IMG/VR virus record: IMGVR_UViG_3300045988_063706 | Location: 1-53,359 of that record | DNA length: 53,359 nucleotides | DNA from: a virus | Strand: one strand, 5' to 3' | In this document: positions 31,911-39,756 of the stretch, piece by piece | Position numbering within the stretch: position 1 is the first letter of the stretch | How the letters are laid out: every line of letters begins with the position of its first letter | Notes under the pieces: generated by a model | Seen by the model: the letters and a program-made list of their open reading frames with translations, nothing else | What the model was told of the DNA's origin: nothing | The model's database searches: none | Program-made: the position numbers and the translations under genes

Positions 31911-31939
31911 ATATTACCACATAAAACAACAAATTGCAA
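31911..31939 (-). promoter_or_regulatory. Sigma-A-type promoter (conserved family)
   Basis: Minus strand reads TTGCAA, 17 nt (ending ATGTGG), TAATAT. Confidence 0.65.
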
Positions 31940-31958
31940 GCCCCATTTTACAAAGATT

Positions 31959-32147
31959 TTAGACGGTCCACTCCACGGAGTAGTTCAGGGCCGGGTTCAC
32001 TCCGCAGATGACAGCGATAGAACATGGGGGTCGGCCACGCTCAACACGCTTGCGGTCTTTGTTGAGGTCATAGATGACGCCCCGCTTGTTTTCTCCCTTG
32101 AACTGCTTCGCCTCCTCCAGAGTCTTAAATGCTTTCCACTGGTACAT
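31959..32147 (-). CDS. Hypothetical protein (62 aa)
   Basis: RBS taggagggtttctATG. Confidence 0.5.
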   Translation of the reverse strand: MYQWKAFKTLEEAKQFKGENKRGVIYDLNKDRKRVERGRPPCSIAVICGVNPALNYSVEWTV

Positions 32148-32161
32148 AGAAACCCTCCTAT

Positions 32162-32584
32162 TCAGTTTTGCTCCAGCAGGGTTCCGTCAACGTATACGTC
32201 AACCTCGTCGTCATAGTCCTCGCCCTTTTCCCGGATATAGTAGATGTCCGAGTCTATATTTCGGGTGATTTTCCAGAGGTCACCATAGAACTCGTCTCCG
32301 CAGGGAGTGGAAATACAGGCCGCCGAGATTTTGTTGATACGAATAGATGAAACCTTGCTTTCGCCGGTATAGTCGGAGCCGTCAATGTAATAGATGAACA
32401 GGGAGAAGTCATCGTCCTGGAGGAACTGATACTCACCTTTGCAGAACGGGCCATTCTCGCCGAGTTCGTTGTAGTCATAAAGGTTCTTGTCGAATGCCCG
32501 GAGAGACTTATAATGGATGAACTGAACACCATTGTCATCCTCGAGAATACGATAGGAACGGTCTTCGTAACTAATGCGTAACAT
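32162..32584 (-). CDS. Hypothetical early protein (140 aa)
   Basis: RBS cagaaaggagccgaatATG at 32584. The 309-aa track ORF extends through the promoter region and was trimmed. Confidence 0.6.
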   Translation of the reverse strand: MLRISYEDRSYRILEDDNGVQFIHYKSLRAFDKNLYDYNELGENGPFCKGEYQFLQDDDFSLFIYYIDGSDYTGESKVSSIRINKISAACISTPCGDEFYGDLWKITRNIDSDIYYIREKGEDYDDEVDVYVDGTLLEQN

Positions 32585-32714
32585 ATTCGGCTCCTTTCTG
32601 AAAGAACTCGAGCGAGGTTGCCTTTCGCAACTATTTGTCGCCTTGATACTCCGGAGAGTTGGGTACGACCATTGAGTATTCTGTTTTATCCTCGCTGTTG
32701 TTCTTTCTGACATT

Positions 32715-32743
32715 ATACTACCACAAGGTCGAACAGAATGCAA
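32715..32743 (-). promoter_or_regulatory. Leftward early promoter (conserved family)
   Basis: Minus strand reads TTCTTGCAT, 17 nt (ending TTGTGG), TAGTATaatgtcagaaag. Confidence 0.7.
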
Positions 32744-32822
32744 GAATAATTCTTTGAAAAGATGCACAAAAGAATGAAGAATAAATTGTTCACTTTTATT
32801 CAACAGAAATAGAAGAAAGTTC

Positions 32823-32851
32823 TTGCTTTTAGAATAAAGGTATGGTATTAT
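32823..32851 (+). promoter_or_regulatory. Rightward early promoter (conserved family), divergent from 32715..32743
   Basis: TTGCTT, 17 nt (ending GTATGG), TATTATactatcagaaagg. Confidence 0.65.
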
Positions 32852-32881
32852 ACTATCAGAAAGGAACAGGAGGTCAATCAA

Positions 32882-33043
32882 ATGTATAGCAAGGTCATCA
32901 ACGGTATCTCTTATCTCTGCCAGGACTTCTTCCAGATTGCTGTCGCTGAGAAGTTCGCATACGAAAACAAGGCCCTCAACATTGAGACTCGTCAACTCAA
33001 AAACGGCTTCACTTATTACAGAGTTATCGTTCGGGCCGAGTAA
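32882..33043 (+). CDS. Small hypothetical protein (53 aa)
   Basis: Not in the track. RBS gaaaggaacaggaggtcaatcaaATG. Confidence 0.5.
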   Translation: MYSKVINGISYLCQDFFQIAVAEKFAYENKALNIETRQLKNGFTYYRVIVRAE

Positions 33044-33059
33044 AGGAAGGAGAACAACA

Positions 33060-33275
33060 ATGTATAGAGCGGGAATGTTTAGTGTTCTCACAGAAACAGC
33101 CGATGGTCAATTTCATAGGAGCCGTTTCTTTGAGACCGAACAGGAAGCGAGAACCTATGGGAACACTCAGTGGAAGAAAGCAAGTGTCATTTCCGTTGAG
33201 ATTTACAAGACCGGGTTTTATAAGAAGCGTCGTCACTCTGTACTGGTTGCAAGTGCAAGAAAGAAAGGAGAATAA
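33060..33275 (+). CDS. Hypothetical protein (71 aa)
   Basis: RBS aaggaaggagaacaacaATG. The track ORF was trimmed. Confidence 0.55.
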   Translation: MYRAGMFSVLTETADGQFHRSRFFETEQEARTYGNTQWKKASVISVEIYKTGFYKKRRHSVLVASARKKGE

Positions 33276-33277
33276 CA

Positions 33278-33478
33278 ATGTATTCCTCTAAGAATCTCAA
33301 TACTGCCGTATATCTGCTCAGCGAGTGCGAACAGTTCTACGACAGTGACGAGAACGCCGTTAAGGTGTTCAACCTGTGCGTTGAGTACCTCTACACCAAA
33401 AAGGTCAGCAAACTCAAAAAGGCCGCAAAACTGTATCACGCTGTCACCGGGTTTCCGGTAACTGTTGAGGAGGAGTAA
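33278..33478 (+). CDS. Hypothetical protein (66 aa)
   Basis: RBS agaaaggagaataacaATG. Confidence 0.55.
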   Translation: MYSSKNLNTAVYLLSECEQFYDSDENAVKVFNLCVEYLYTKKVSKLKKAAKLYHAVTGFPVTVEEE

Positions 33479-33481
33479 AGC

Positions 33482-33847
33482 ATGAAGAAACTGAAAACGA
33501 AAGAGGAACTACTGGAGTACATTGGGGAGAACTGCTTCATTCGCAACTCCGATGGAACGGAAATCGGCTCCACGTCAGGCGGGTTCGCTCCACTGTTCTA
33601 CAAATGTGCGGATGACCTTGAGGGTACGCCGCTCAAGGACTGGGACGAGGCCTATGACCTTTATATCCAGCACAACACACGGCGCAACCTCGGTCAAGAC
33701 CTGCTCCGATATGGGGTCATCCTCAAGGTGAACAACTTCCAAACGGAGAAAGGCTACTACACCATCCGCCTCATCCGGTACGAGGGAGCCATTTACTTCC
33801 ACAAGATGAAAAACGGTATGCAGGTTGAAATCAAAAAGTTGAATTGA
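33482..33847 (+). CDS. Hypothetical protein (121 aa)
   Basis: RBS gaggaggagtaaagcATG. Followed by a terminator. Confidence 0.6.
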   Translation: MKKLKTKEELLEYIGENCFIRNSDGTEIGSTSGGFAPLFYKCADDLEGTPLKDWDEAYDLYIQHNTRRNLGQDLLRYGVILKVNNFQTEKGYYTIRLIRYEGAIYFHKMKNGMQVEIKKLN

Positions 33848-33860
33848 ACAGGAGGAAAGG

Positions 33861-33894
33861 GGGCCTCGGCAAATAGCCGGGGTCCTTAAATTTT
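33861..33894 (+). terminator. Rho-independent terminator
   Basis: Stem gggcctcgg/ccggggtcc (two G-U pairs), 7-nt loop, then ttaaatttt. Confidence 0.6.
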
Positions 33895-33908
33895 GGCAAC
33901 AGGGTCTG

Positions 33909-34050
33909 AAAAATTGGCAATTTATTCAACGAAAATCGTCAAAAATTGGCATTTTATTCGCGACTTTCGTCCAAAAATTGACATCTAAATAAGAATAAAT
34001 TTAGAATGAAAATACTGCCAAATTTTTTATTTTCCTATTGTGTGTAAACG
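33909..34050 (+). repeat. Iteron cluster A: three 19-nt boxes at exact 32-bp phasing, plus a shared tail
   Basis: aaaaattggcaatttattc (33909), aaaaattggcattttattc (33941), aaaaattgacatctaaa (33973), followed by attttcctattgtgtgtaaacgga. Confidence 0.85.
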
Positions 34051-34181
34051 GAGGACAGGGATTTATTCCAAAATGCAAAAGTCTCGAACTTTTTGGTAAA
34101 ATTAGGTAATCTGCATAAAATTTTTATAATTATACAGTCCATTACACGGGCTGGACAAAAATTTTGCATGATTTTGACGTG

Positions 34182-34325
34182 AAAAATTGGCAATTTATTC
34201 AGCGAGTTTGGACAAAAATTGGCAATCTATTCTTGGAAAATCGTCAAAAATTGACATCTAAACAAGAATAAATTTAGATAGCCTTTAGATGTCAATATTT
34301 TATATTTCCTATTAGTTATAAATGG
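34182..34325 (+). repeat. Iteron cluster B: a diverged duplicate of cluster A, 273 bp downstream
   Basis: aaaaattggcaatttattc (34182), aaaaattggcaatctattc (34214), aaaaattgacatctaaa (34246), again at 32-bp phasing, followed by atatttcctattagttataaatgga. Confidence 0.85.
34251..34295. repeat. Perfect 12-bp palindrome arms ttgacatctaaa / tttagatgtcaa with a 21-nt spacer
   Basis: Arms at 34251..34262 and 34284..34295. Confidence 0.9.
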
Positions 34326-34403
34326 AATATGTATAAATATATAAATATAAATGAATACATAAAATATATATATAAAAGTAAGGGGCCAAAAAACGGCAAA
34401 AAA

Positions 34404-34448
34404 TTGACATCTAAAGTTAGAAAGGATTTTGAATAAATTAGATGTCAA
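34404..34448. repeat. Second ttgacatctaaa / (a)ttagatgtcaa palindrome
   Basis: Arms at 34404..34415 and 34437..34448 (11 of 12 match). The same 12-mer also occurs at 33978..33989. Confidence 0.85.
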
Positions 34449-34645
34449 TTTTTGCAAATTTTTAAGAATAAAAAACCAAATTTTCGCAGGGTGGACGAGA
34501 ATAAATTGCCAAATTTTTTGGACAAAAAGCCAAATTTTACACGCAAAAAGTCCAAAAGTTCGAGACTTTGGTCGTCACAACCTTTTAGGGCCTGCGCCCT
34601 GGAGCTGTCCTAATCGGACTTGGAACTCGTGTCGTCCCTGGAGCC

Positions 34646-34687
34646 GGGTTTAGGGTTTGGGCATGGTGCAGGGTTAGGGGCATAGGG
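34646..34687 (+). repeat. G-run cluster (six GGG runs, TTAGGG-like), G-quadruplex-capable
   Basis: GGGtttaGGGtttGGGcatggtgcaGGGttaGGGGcataGGG. Confidence 0.8.
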
Positions 34688-34720
34688 TGAGGACGCTCTG
34701 TCGTCCCTGAGGACGCTCTG
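34688..34720 (+). repeat. Short direct repeats upstream of terS: tgaggacgctctg x2, and gtcgtccctg x2 with 34631..34640
   Basis: The 13-mer occurs at 34688 and 34708. The 10-mer occurs at 34631 and 34700. Confidence 0.8.
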
Positions 34721-34754
34721 GCGAGACTTTTACCGTGGAGGGTAAAACAGGGGC

Positions 34755-34783
34755 TTTACAAATTCGAGACTCGGGCTTATAAT
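34755..34783 (+). promoter_or_regulatory. Promoter of the packaging/late operon
   Basis: TTTACA, 17 nt, TATAAT, 19 nt upstream of terS. Confidence 0.65.
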
Positions 34784-34801
34784 GGGGTTATCGAGAGGAG
34801 G

Positions 34802-35506
34802 ATGCTCATGGGTGCATTCAAGAAATTGGAGGGTAGATATCTCTATGTAGATATGTCAAAAATTCATGTGCCCTCATGGAAAATTCGTGAAGTACAAAAG
34901 GCCGCACACGCAAAAACAAGGCTACTCAAAAAGATTGACCCCTTTGCCCGGTGCGTGGGCAGAAAAAGAACATTTGAGACTCCTGAGCAACTCAGAGCCG
35001 CTTGCGACGACTACTTCAAAAGTCAGGAATGTTTCGTCTATGACAAATGGGGACAGCCTATCAAAGACCCCATGACCGGCGAATTCATAAAAACCACTCA
35101 TCCGCTCACGATTGCAGGGTTAGGGCTTCATATCGGGGTTGCAACTTCTACACTCAGGAGGTACAAGGCAATCGCAGAAAGCGGGACTGTTCCATACGAA
35201 TTCGCTGAGGTCGTCATGGAAGCCCTGCAAAAGATTGAATCCTATGCAGAACGTCGAGGATACGATAAGGACGGACAGCGTGGTTCTCAGTTTGTTCTGC
35301 AAGCTGGATTCAATTGGAACACTAAGAAAGAAGAGAGTGAAAGCCGCCGTCTTTCTGTTGAATCTAAAATTGCTCTGGAAAAGTTGAAGATGCAACAGGA
35401 AGAGCATGAACTCAAGATGAAAATGCTTCAAGCCGGGTTGGATGGAGATGAGGATAACGATATCAGCATAACCATCACCAGAGCGAAAAGAAAGGATGAG
35501 GAATAA
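34802..35506 (+). CDS. terS: Terminase small subunit
   Basis: CDDYFKSQE...HPLTIAGLGLHIGVATSTLRRYKAI is the HTH pattern of Firmicute-phage small terminases. Charged coiled-coil C-terminus. Lies upstream of terL. Confidence 0.7.
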   Translation: MLMGAFKKLEGRYLYVDMSKIHVPSWKIREVQKAAHAKTRLLKKIDPFARCVGRKRTFETPEQLRAACDDYFKSQECFVYDKWGQPIKDPMTGEFIKTTHPLTIAGLGLHIGVATSTLRRYKAIAESGTVPYEFAEVVMEALQKIESYAERRGYDKDGQRGSQFVLQAGFNWNTKKEESESRRLSVESKIALEKLKMQQEEHELKMKMLQAGLDGDEDNDISITITRAKRKDEE

Positions 35507-35622
35507 TGCTGACTGAGGTTCTGTTCGGGTTGTCCGTTCTGGTCTTTCTGGCTGGCACTCATCTCCTTGCATATCTCATCGGGTATAAACACGGATTAAA
35601 ACAGAATAAGGAGGACGAATAA
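35506..35622 (+). CDS. Tiny hydrophobic peptide (38 aa)
   Basis: Not in the track. TAATG overlap with the terS stop. MLTEVLFGLSVLVFLAGTHLLAYLIGYKHGLKQNKEDE. Confidence 0.35.
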   Translation: MLTEVLFGLSVLVFLAGTHLLAYLIGYKHGLKQNKEDE

Positions 35623-35623
35623 A

Positions 35624-35992
35624 ATGGCATTCAAGAAAACTGTGGTCTTTGACTTTGACGGGGTCATCCATTCGTATTCTAGTGGGTGGAAGGGCGCTGA
35701 GTGCATTCCTGATCCGCCTGTCCCCGGTATTGAGAAAGCCCTTGCCAAACTCCATGAGGAGTACGAGATTGCCGTTGTGTCCTCTCGGTGCTCCACTCAG
35801 GCCGGAGTTGATGCGATTAACCATTGGCTCTACAAGAACGGCCTCGCTCAGTATGTGGACAAGGTGTGCAAGGAGAAGCCTCCGGCCATTGTTTACATTG
35901 ATGACCGGGCTATTTGCTTTGACGGGAATGCGGCCTCTCTCGTGGAAAAGGTTCGCTCGTTCAAGCCTTGGACGGAGGTGAATAAAGGGTGA
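35624..35992 (+). CDS. HAD-superfamily phosphatase (second copy of this type in the genome)
   Basis: VVFDFDGVIH motif I, VSSR, YIDDR. Confidence 0.65.
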   Translation: MAFKKTVVFDFDGVIHSYSSGWKGAECIPDPPVPGIEKALAKLHEEYEIAVVSSRCSTQAGVDAINHWLYKNGLAQYVDKVCKEKPPAIVYIDDRAICFDGNAASLVEKVRSFKPWTEVNKG

Positions 35993-36285
35993 AGTCCGTA
36001 TTCATTTCTCAGCCTATGAATGGCAAAAGCGAAAAGGAAATCATGAAAGAGCGGCAACGTGTAGCCGGTATTCTGCTCACCATGATAGGGCCGTTCAATC
36101 TGCTGGACACACACTTTACTCATCCCATTGGAACCGGCACCCCGCTCGAGTATCTGGGCGAGTCTATAAAATACCTTTCGCAAGCCGACCTCGCTGTCTT
36201 TTGTCCGGGGTGGGAAACCGCTCGTGGATGCAGGGTGGAGCGTCTCTGCTGTGAGGAGTACGGGGTCAGCATTGTGGAATTATAG
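35989..36285 (+). CDS. DUF4406 / nucleoside 2-deoxyribosyltransferase-like protein
   Basis: VFISQPMNGKSEKEI ... ADLAVFCPGWETARGCRVERLCCEEYGVSIV fits the isGPm.G ... gWe.S.G...E pattern. GTG start overlaps the upstream stop. Confidence 0.55.
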   Translation: MKSVFISQPMNGKSEKEIMKERQRVAGILLTMIGPFNLLDTHFTHPIGTGTPLEYLGESIKYLSQADLAVFCPGWETARGCRVERLCCEEYGVSIVEL

Positions 36286-36294
36286 GAGGTTGAA

Positions 36295-36441
36295 ATGGAG
36301 GAAAAGGAAGAACTGTTAGAACAACTGGAATTTTGTACTGAGGCTGATTGCTTCTGGAATACGAATTGCGTTTGCTATTGCAAGCAGAACAACAAAGACC
36401 CTCGCTATGGAAAGGGGTGTCCTCAGTATCAGCCGGATTGA
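36295..36441 (+). CDS. Small Cys-rich protein (48 aa)
   Basis: Not in the track. RBS ataggaggttgaaATG. FCTEADCFWNTNCVCYCKQ...GCPQY. Confidence 0.45.
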   Translation: MEEKEELLEQLEFCTEADCFWNTNCVCYCKQNNKDPRYGKGCPQYQPD

Positions 36442-36452
36442 GAGGTGATTTT

Positions 36453-36671
36453 ATGTCAAGAAAGAAAGGGCCGAACCCATTTAGACCCCGGACCATGGTT
36501 TGGGCCTTGTATGAGGAGGACTGGTCTGACCTGACCGTTCACCAGATTGCGGAGGTGTTTGCCTCCTCTGATGAATCCATTTATGCCGCTATGCGCCTCA
36601 TCAAGCGGAAGACCGGGTACATGGTTCCTCATGTGAGGCTTTCCTCCAAGGGGGTTCCGGTATGCAAGTAG
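36453..36671 (+). CDS. Small putative HTH protein (72 aa)
   Basis: RBS gagaggtgattttATG. LTVHQIAEVFASSDESIYAAMRLIKRKTG looks HTH-like. Overlaps the terL start. Confidence 0.5.
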   Translation: MSRKKGPNPFRPRTMVWALYEEDWSDLTVHQIAEVFASSDESIYAAMRLIKRKTGYMVPHVRLSSKGVPVCK

Positions 36672-37990
36672 AAAAGGCAGTCAATCCCCGGTTCGAGGAC
36701 TTCATATTTGACTGGGATTATCGGGAATACCTGCTCGTCGGTGGGTACGGCTCAAGCAAGAGTTACCATATAGCGCTCAAACTCATTCTCAAGGCTCTTG
36801 AGGAGAAACGAAAGATTCTGGTCGTGCGTGAGGTCTACGATACCATTCGTGAGTCATGCTTTGACCTGTTCCTGGAAATCCTGGAAGACCTTGACTTGCT
36901 CGACCCGAATAGCAACCGCAAGCGGAGCAAAAAGGTTCGGTATAGAACGAGTCCCATGCAACTCATTTTCCCGAATGGGAGCAAGGTTATTTTCAAGGGC
37001 ATGGACAAACCGGGCAAACTCAAGTCAATCAATGGTGTTTCCATTGTGTGGCTGGAAGAGGCCTCAGAAATCAAGTATGCAGGCTATAAGGAGTTGAAAG
37101 GCCGTCTCCGTCATCCGAGCCTGAGCCTACACTTTATCCTCAGCACAAACCCGGTCGGGACTGAGAATTGGGTGTATCAGCACTTCTTCAAGCGCACGAA
37201 TGATGACGGCTCTGTAACCGTTATTCTGGACGACAAGCGGCTCTATCGCAAGCATACTATCGTAAAGAATGGTGTGTACTACCACCACTCCGTCGTTGAT
37301 GACAACCTATTCGTCCCGAAGAGTTACGTCCGCACACTGGATGAAATGCAGGACTATGACCCTGACCTGTATCGTGTGGCACGGCTGGGTCAGTTCGGCT
37401 TGAACGGTGTTCGGGTTCTGCCTCAGTTCCAGGTCGCCGCCTCCCATGCCCAAGTTATGCGGGCCGTGAATGGTATTCCCTCCGCATTCAAATTCACAGG
37501 GTTCGACTTTGGCTTTGAGACCTCGTACAATGCAGTCGTCAGAATGGCGGTGGATGACCGGGAAAAGGTGCTCTATATCTATTGGGAGTACTACAAGAAC
37601 CATATGACAGACGACCAGACCGCCGCCGAACTGGAAGAGTTGGGGTTGCAGGGTGAACAAATTATAGCCGATAACGAAGACCCGAAAGCCATTCAATACT
37701 ATCGTCAGATGGGGTTCCATATCCGGCCTTGTCACAAGTGGGCGGGGTCTCGCCTTGCGAATACAAGAAAGGTGAAGCGATTCAAGAAAATCATTTGTTC
37801 TCCGGACTGCATAAATACCATTCGTGAACTCTCGACGCTCACCTATGCAAAAGACCAGAAAGACAACCTTGTATTCGACCAGTTCAACATCGACCCGCAT
37901 ACATTCTCCGCTATATGGTACGGCCTGGATAATTACACGGTTGCGGACGTCAAGGACGAACTGAGGAACAGTAGAAAGGGGGCCGCATAA
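36662..37990 (+). CDS. terL: Terminase large subunit (PBSX/Terminase_3-like)
   Basis: Walker A VGGYGSSKSY and VWLEEASEI (Walker B region). C-terminal nuclease-domain length is as expected. Confidence 0.9.
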   Translation: MQVEKAVNPRFEDFIFDWDYREYLLVGGYGSSKSYHIALKLILKALEEKRKILVVREVYDTIRESCFDLFLEILEDLDLLDPNSNRKRSKKVRYRTSPMQLIFPNGSKVIFKGMDKPGKLKSINGVSIVWLEEASEIKYAGYKELKGRLRHPSLSLHFILSTNPVGTENWVYQHFFKRTNDDGSVTVILDDKRLYRKHTIVKNGVYYHHSVVDDNLFVPKSYVRTLDEMQDYDPDLYRVARLGQFGLNGVRVLPQFQVAASHAQVMRAVNGIPSAFKFTGFDFGFETSYNAVVRMAVDDREKVLYIYWEYYKNHMTDDQTAAELEELGLQGEQIIADNEDPKAIQYYRQMGFHIRPCHKWAGSRLANTRKVKRFKKIICSPDCINTIRELSTLTYAKDQKDNLVFDQFNIDPHTFSAIWYGLDNYTVADVKDELRNSRKGAA

Positions 37991-38206
37991 TTGCTCCAAC
38001 CTCCTTGCTACGACCCTCGAGCTCGCATTGACTGTCCTCAGAGGTCCGCTTTTTGCCGCCTGTCTTGTGCAAAGTGGCAAGCCTTTGAAAAGGAAAAGGC
38101 CGAATACTATGCAAGGCGGGAAAAGGAATACCTCCAGCGGTCATCAGACTACGAATACCAACGCAAAATCCATGAAAAATTTGAAAGGAGAAAGCACAAG
38201 AAATGA
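37991..38206 (+). CDS. Small Cys-containing, Lys/Glu-rich protein (71 aa)
   Basis: TTG start directly after the terL stop. Overlaps the portal start. Confidence 0.4.
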   Translation: MLQPPCYDPRARIDCPQRSAFCRLSCAKWQAFEKEKAEYYARREKEYLQRSSDYEYQRKIHEKFERRKHKK

Positions 38207-39756
38207 GTAGAGAAGTCGAAACGGTCGTGAATGGCCTCCGTATCCCCTGGAGCATGATTTCCGAAGAACTGGAGGGCCTGTATGGTAGCACACTCCTCGC
38301 CGAATTCAAGGAAATCATCGGGTATTATGACGTCTATGAGAATGGCGCAAAGTTTGTTTCTGAGAGTGCGAAGACCGACTTTACCGGGGCGAACTTACGC
38401 TTCAAGGAATGTCGCAAACTCATAAACAAAGAAGCCCGGTTCCTGTTCTCCAAACATCCGGACTTCTGGGTTCGGGTTCCGTACGACAAGGATTCTGCGG
38501 ACGAGACTGCAAAGGCTACGGCAAAGGCGCAGACCACCATCCTCCAGAACTATGTGGACTCCGTATTCAAGGCGACGGGCCTGTATGCCAAACTCGTCAA
38601 GGCGGCGAAAGACTGCTTCATTGGAAAGCGGGTTGCATACTTTGTCAACTTTGATGAAGTGAATAAGCGCATTATGATTGACTTCATCCCGAGCCTGGAG
38701 TTTGTGTTCGAGACTGACGAGAGCGACACAAGCAAACTCACCAAAATCGTCACATTCTACACCATCAAGGACAGCAAAAGCAAAGTTGACCAGAGGGTTT
38801 ACAAGAAGAAGTATTGGCTCCATGAGGAGACTGACGTATGCTGGCTCAGCGAAGCCATTTATGACGGAACTGGCACTCTCCTTGAGGAGATTACACCTGA
38901 GCGCCCGACGAAGTTTGTGGGCCGCATTCCCGCCGGTGTCATCATCAACGATGGGTTGACCGGCGACATGGACGGTTCCAGCGAAATTGAAGACCTGGAG
39001 AACTCTGAGAGTTGGTTTAGCCGCATTTCCAACGGTGACATTGACTCCGAGCGGTGCGGTATGAACCCTATTCGCTGGGCAAGGGACATGAACCCCAAAA
39101 CTACGAAAGGCCTCTCTATTGCGCCGGGGGCCTTCTGGGACCTTGCCTCCGACCCGAATGCGCCTGATGGGGTCATCGGCGAAGTGGGTATGATGGAAAC
39201 TTCCCTCAACTACACCAACGCCGTCAACTCCACACTGAACCGCATTCGTACCTCCATGTATGACGCCCTCGACGTCCCCGATGTGTCCCCTGATGCCCTG
39301 AAAGGTGTAGTTTCCTCCGGGAAGACTCTAAAGGCTCTGTACTGGGGACTCATTGTCCGCTGTGATGAGAAAATGCTGGCATGGAGACCGGCCCTTGAGA
39401 ACATTGTGAGCCTCGTTGTTGAGGGTGGCAAACTCTATCCGGAGAGTGCAGGGCGATACACGGAGCAACCGCTCCCCGATTCCCCCTATGAAATTGAAGT
39501 GGAGAATCAATATCCTCTGCCGGATGACGAAGCCGATGAGAAGCAGGTTGACCTCGCCGAAGTGAATGCTCAGACGATGAGCAAAATGGCCTATATGAAG
39601 AAATGGCGTGGCCTGACTGACGTGGAAGCCATGCAGGAACTCAAGCAGATTGCCATGGAGCGGGAAATGCTGGAGGACACTTTTGGCTACCAGAACCCGG
39701 CTCAGCAACAGCAGGAGCAAGAACAGCAGGAAGAGGAGGACTTTGACAATGTATGA
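38203..39756 (+). CDS. Portal protein (SPP1 gp6-like)
   Basis: 517 aa immediately after terL. Acidic Gln-rich C-terminus. The overall pattern is that of the SPP1-type portal family. Confidence 0.85.
   Translation: MSREVETVVNGLRIPWSMISEELEGLYGSTLLAEFKEIIGYYDVYENGAKFVSESAKTDFTGANLRFKECRKLINKEARFLFSKHPDFWVRVPYDKDSADETAKATAKAQTTILQNYVDSVFKATGLYAKLVKAAKDCFIGKRVAYFVNFDEVNKRIMIDFIPSLEFVFETDESDTSKLTKIVTFYTIKDSKSKVDQRVYKKKYWLHEETDVCWLSEAIYDGTGTLLEEITPERPTKFVGRIPAGVIINDGLTGDMDGSSEIEDLENSESWFSRISNGDIDSERCGMNPIRWARDMNPKTTKGLSIAPGAFWDLASDPNAPDGVIGEVGMMETSLNYTNAVNSTLNRIRTSMYDALDVPDVSPDALKGVVSSGKTLKALYWGLIVRCDEKMLAWRPALENIVSLVVEGGKLYPESAGRYTEQPLPDSPYEIEVENQYPLPDDEADEKQVDLAEVNAQTMSKMAYMKKWRGLTDVEAMQELKQIAMEREMLEDTFGYQNPAQQQQEQEQQEEEDFDNV

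Larger units (their letters stand above)
33900..34575. other. AT-rich non-coding region with phased iterons, palindromes and flanking inverted repeats. Candidate replication origin, or alternatively a packaging or regulatory region.
   Basis: No credible ORF. Visibly much more AT-rich than the rest of the genome. A 16-bp inverted pair, aaagtctcgaactttt (34078..34093) and aaaagttcgagacttt (34554..34569), brackets the core. An inverted iteron copy lies at 34498..34519. Confidence 0.6.

Noticed and set aside
32585-33091. N-terminal 169 aa of the 309-aa track ORF 32162..33091
   Set aside because: The extension crosses the divergent promoter region and two plus-strand genes. A strong RBS precedes the internal ATG at 32584. 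For similar reasons I trimmed 10471..10956, 26522..26845, 29964..30266, 40001..40324 and 40212..40406.
33909-34453. Possible CRISPR array, given regularly spaced repeats
   Set aside because: There are only three boxes per cluster, and the boxes are degenerate 17-19-mers at a 32-bp period, so the 'spacers' would be about 13 nt. The two clusters are duplicates of each other, including the 'spacers'. No cas genes or leader are present. The pattern fits iterons better.
34227-34457. 76-aa minus-strand ORF, and 34429..34653 on the plus strand, inside the AT-rich region
   Set aside because: Their translations are runs of F/I/Y/K from A/T-rich repeats. They overlap the iterons and palindromes and have no RBS. 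I treat the region as non-coding.
34646-34687. TTAGGG-like repeats as a telomere or linear-plasmid-prophage end
   Set aside because: The run is short and imperfect, no protelomerase gene is present, and the genome closes as a circle in assembly. I kept it only as a G-quadruplex or pac-region feature.
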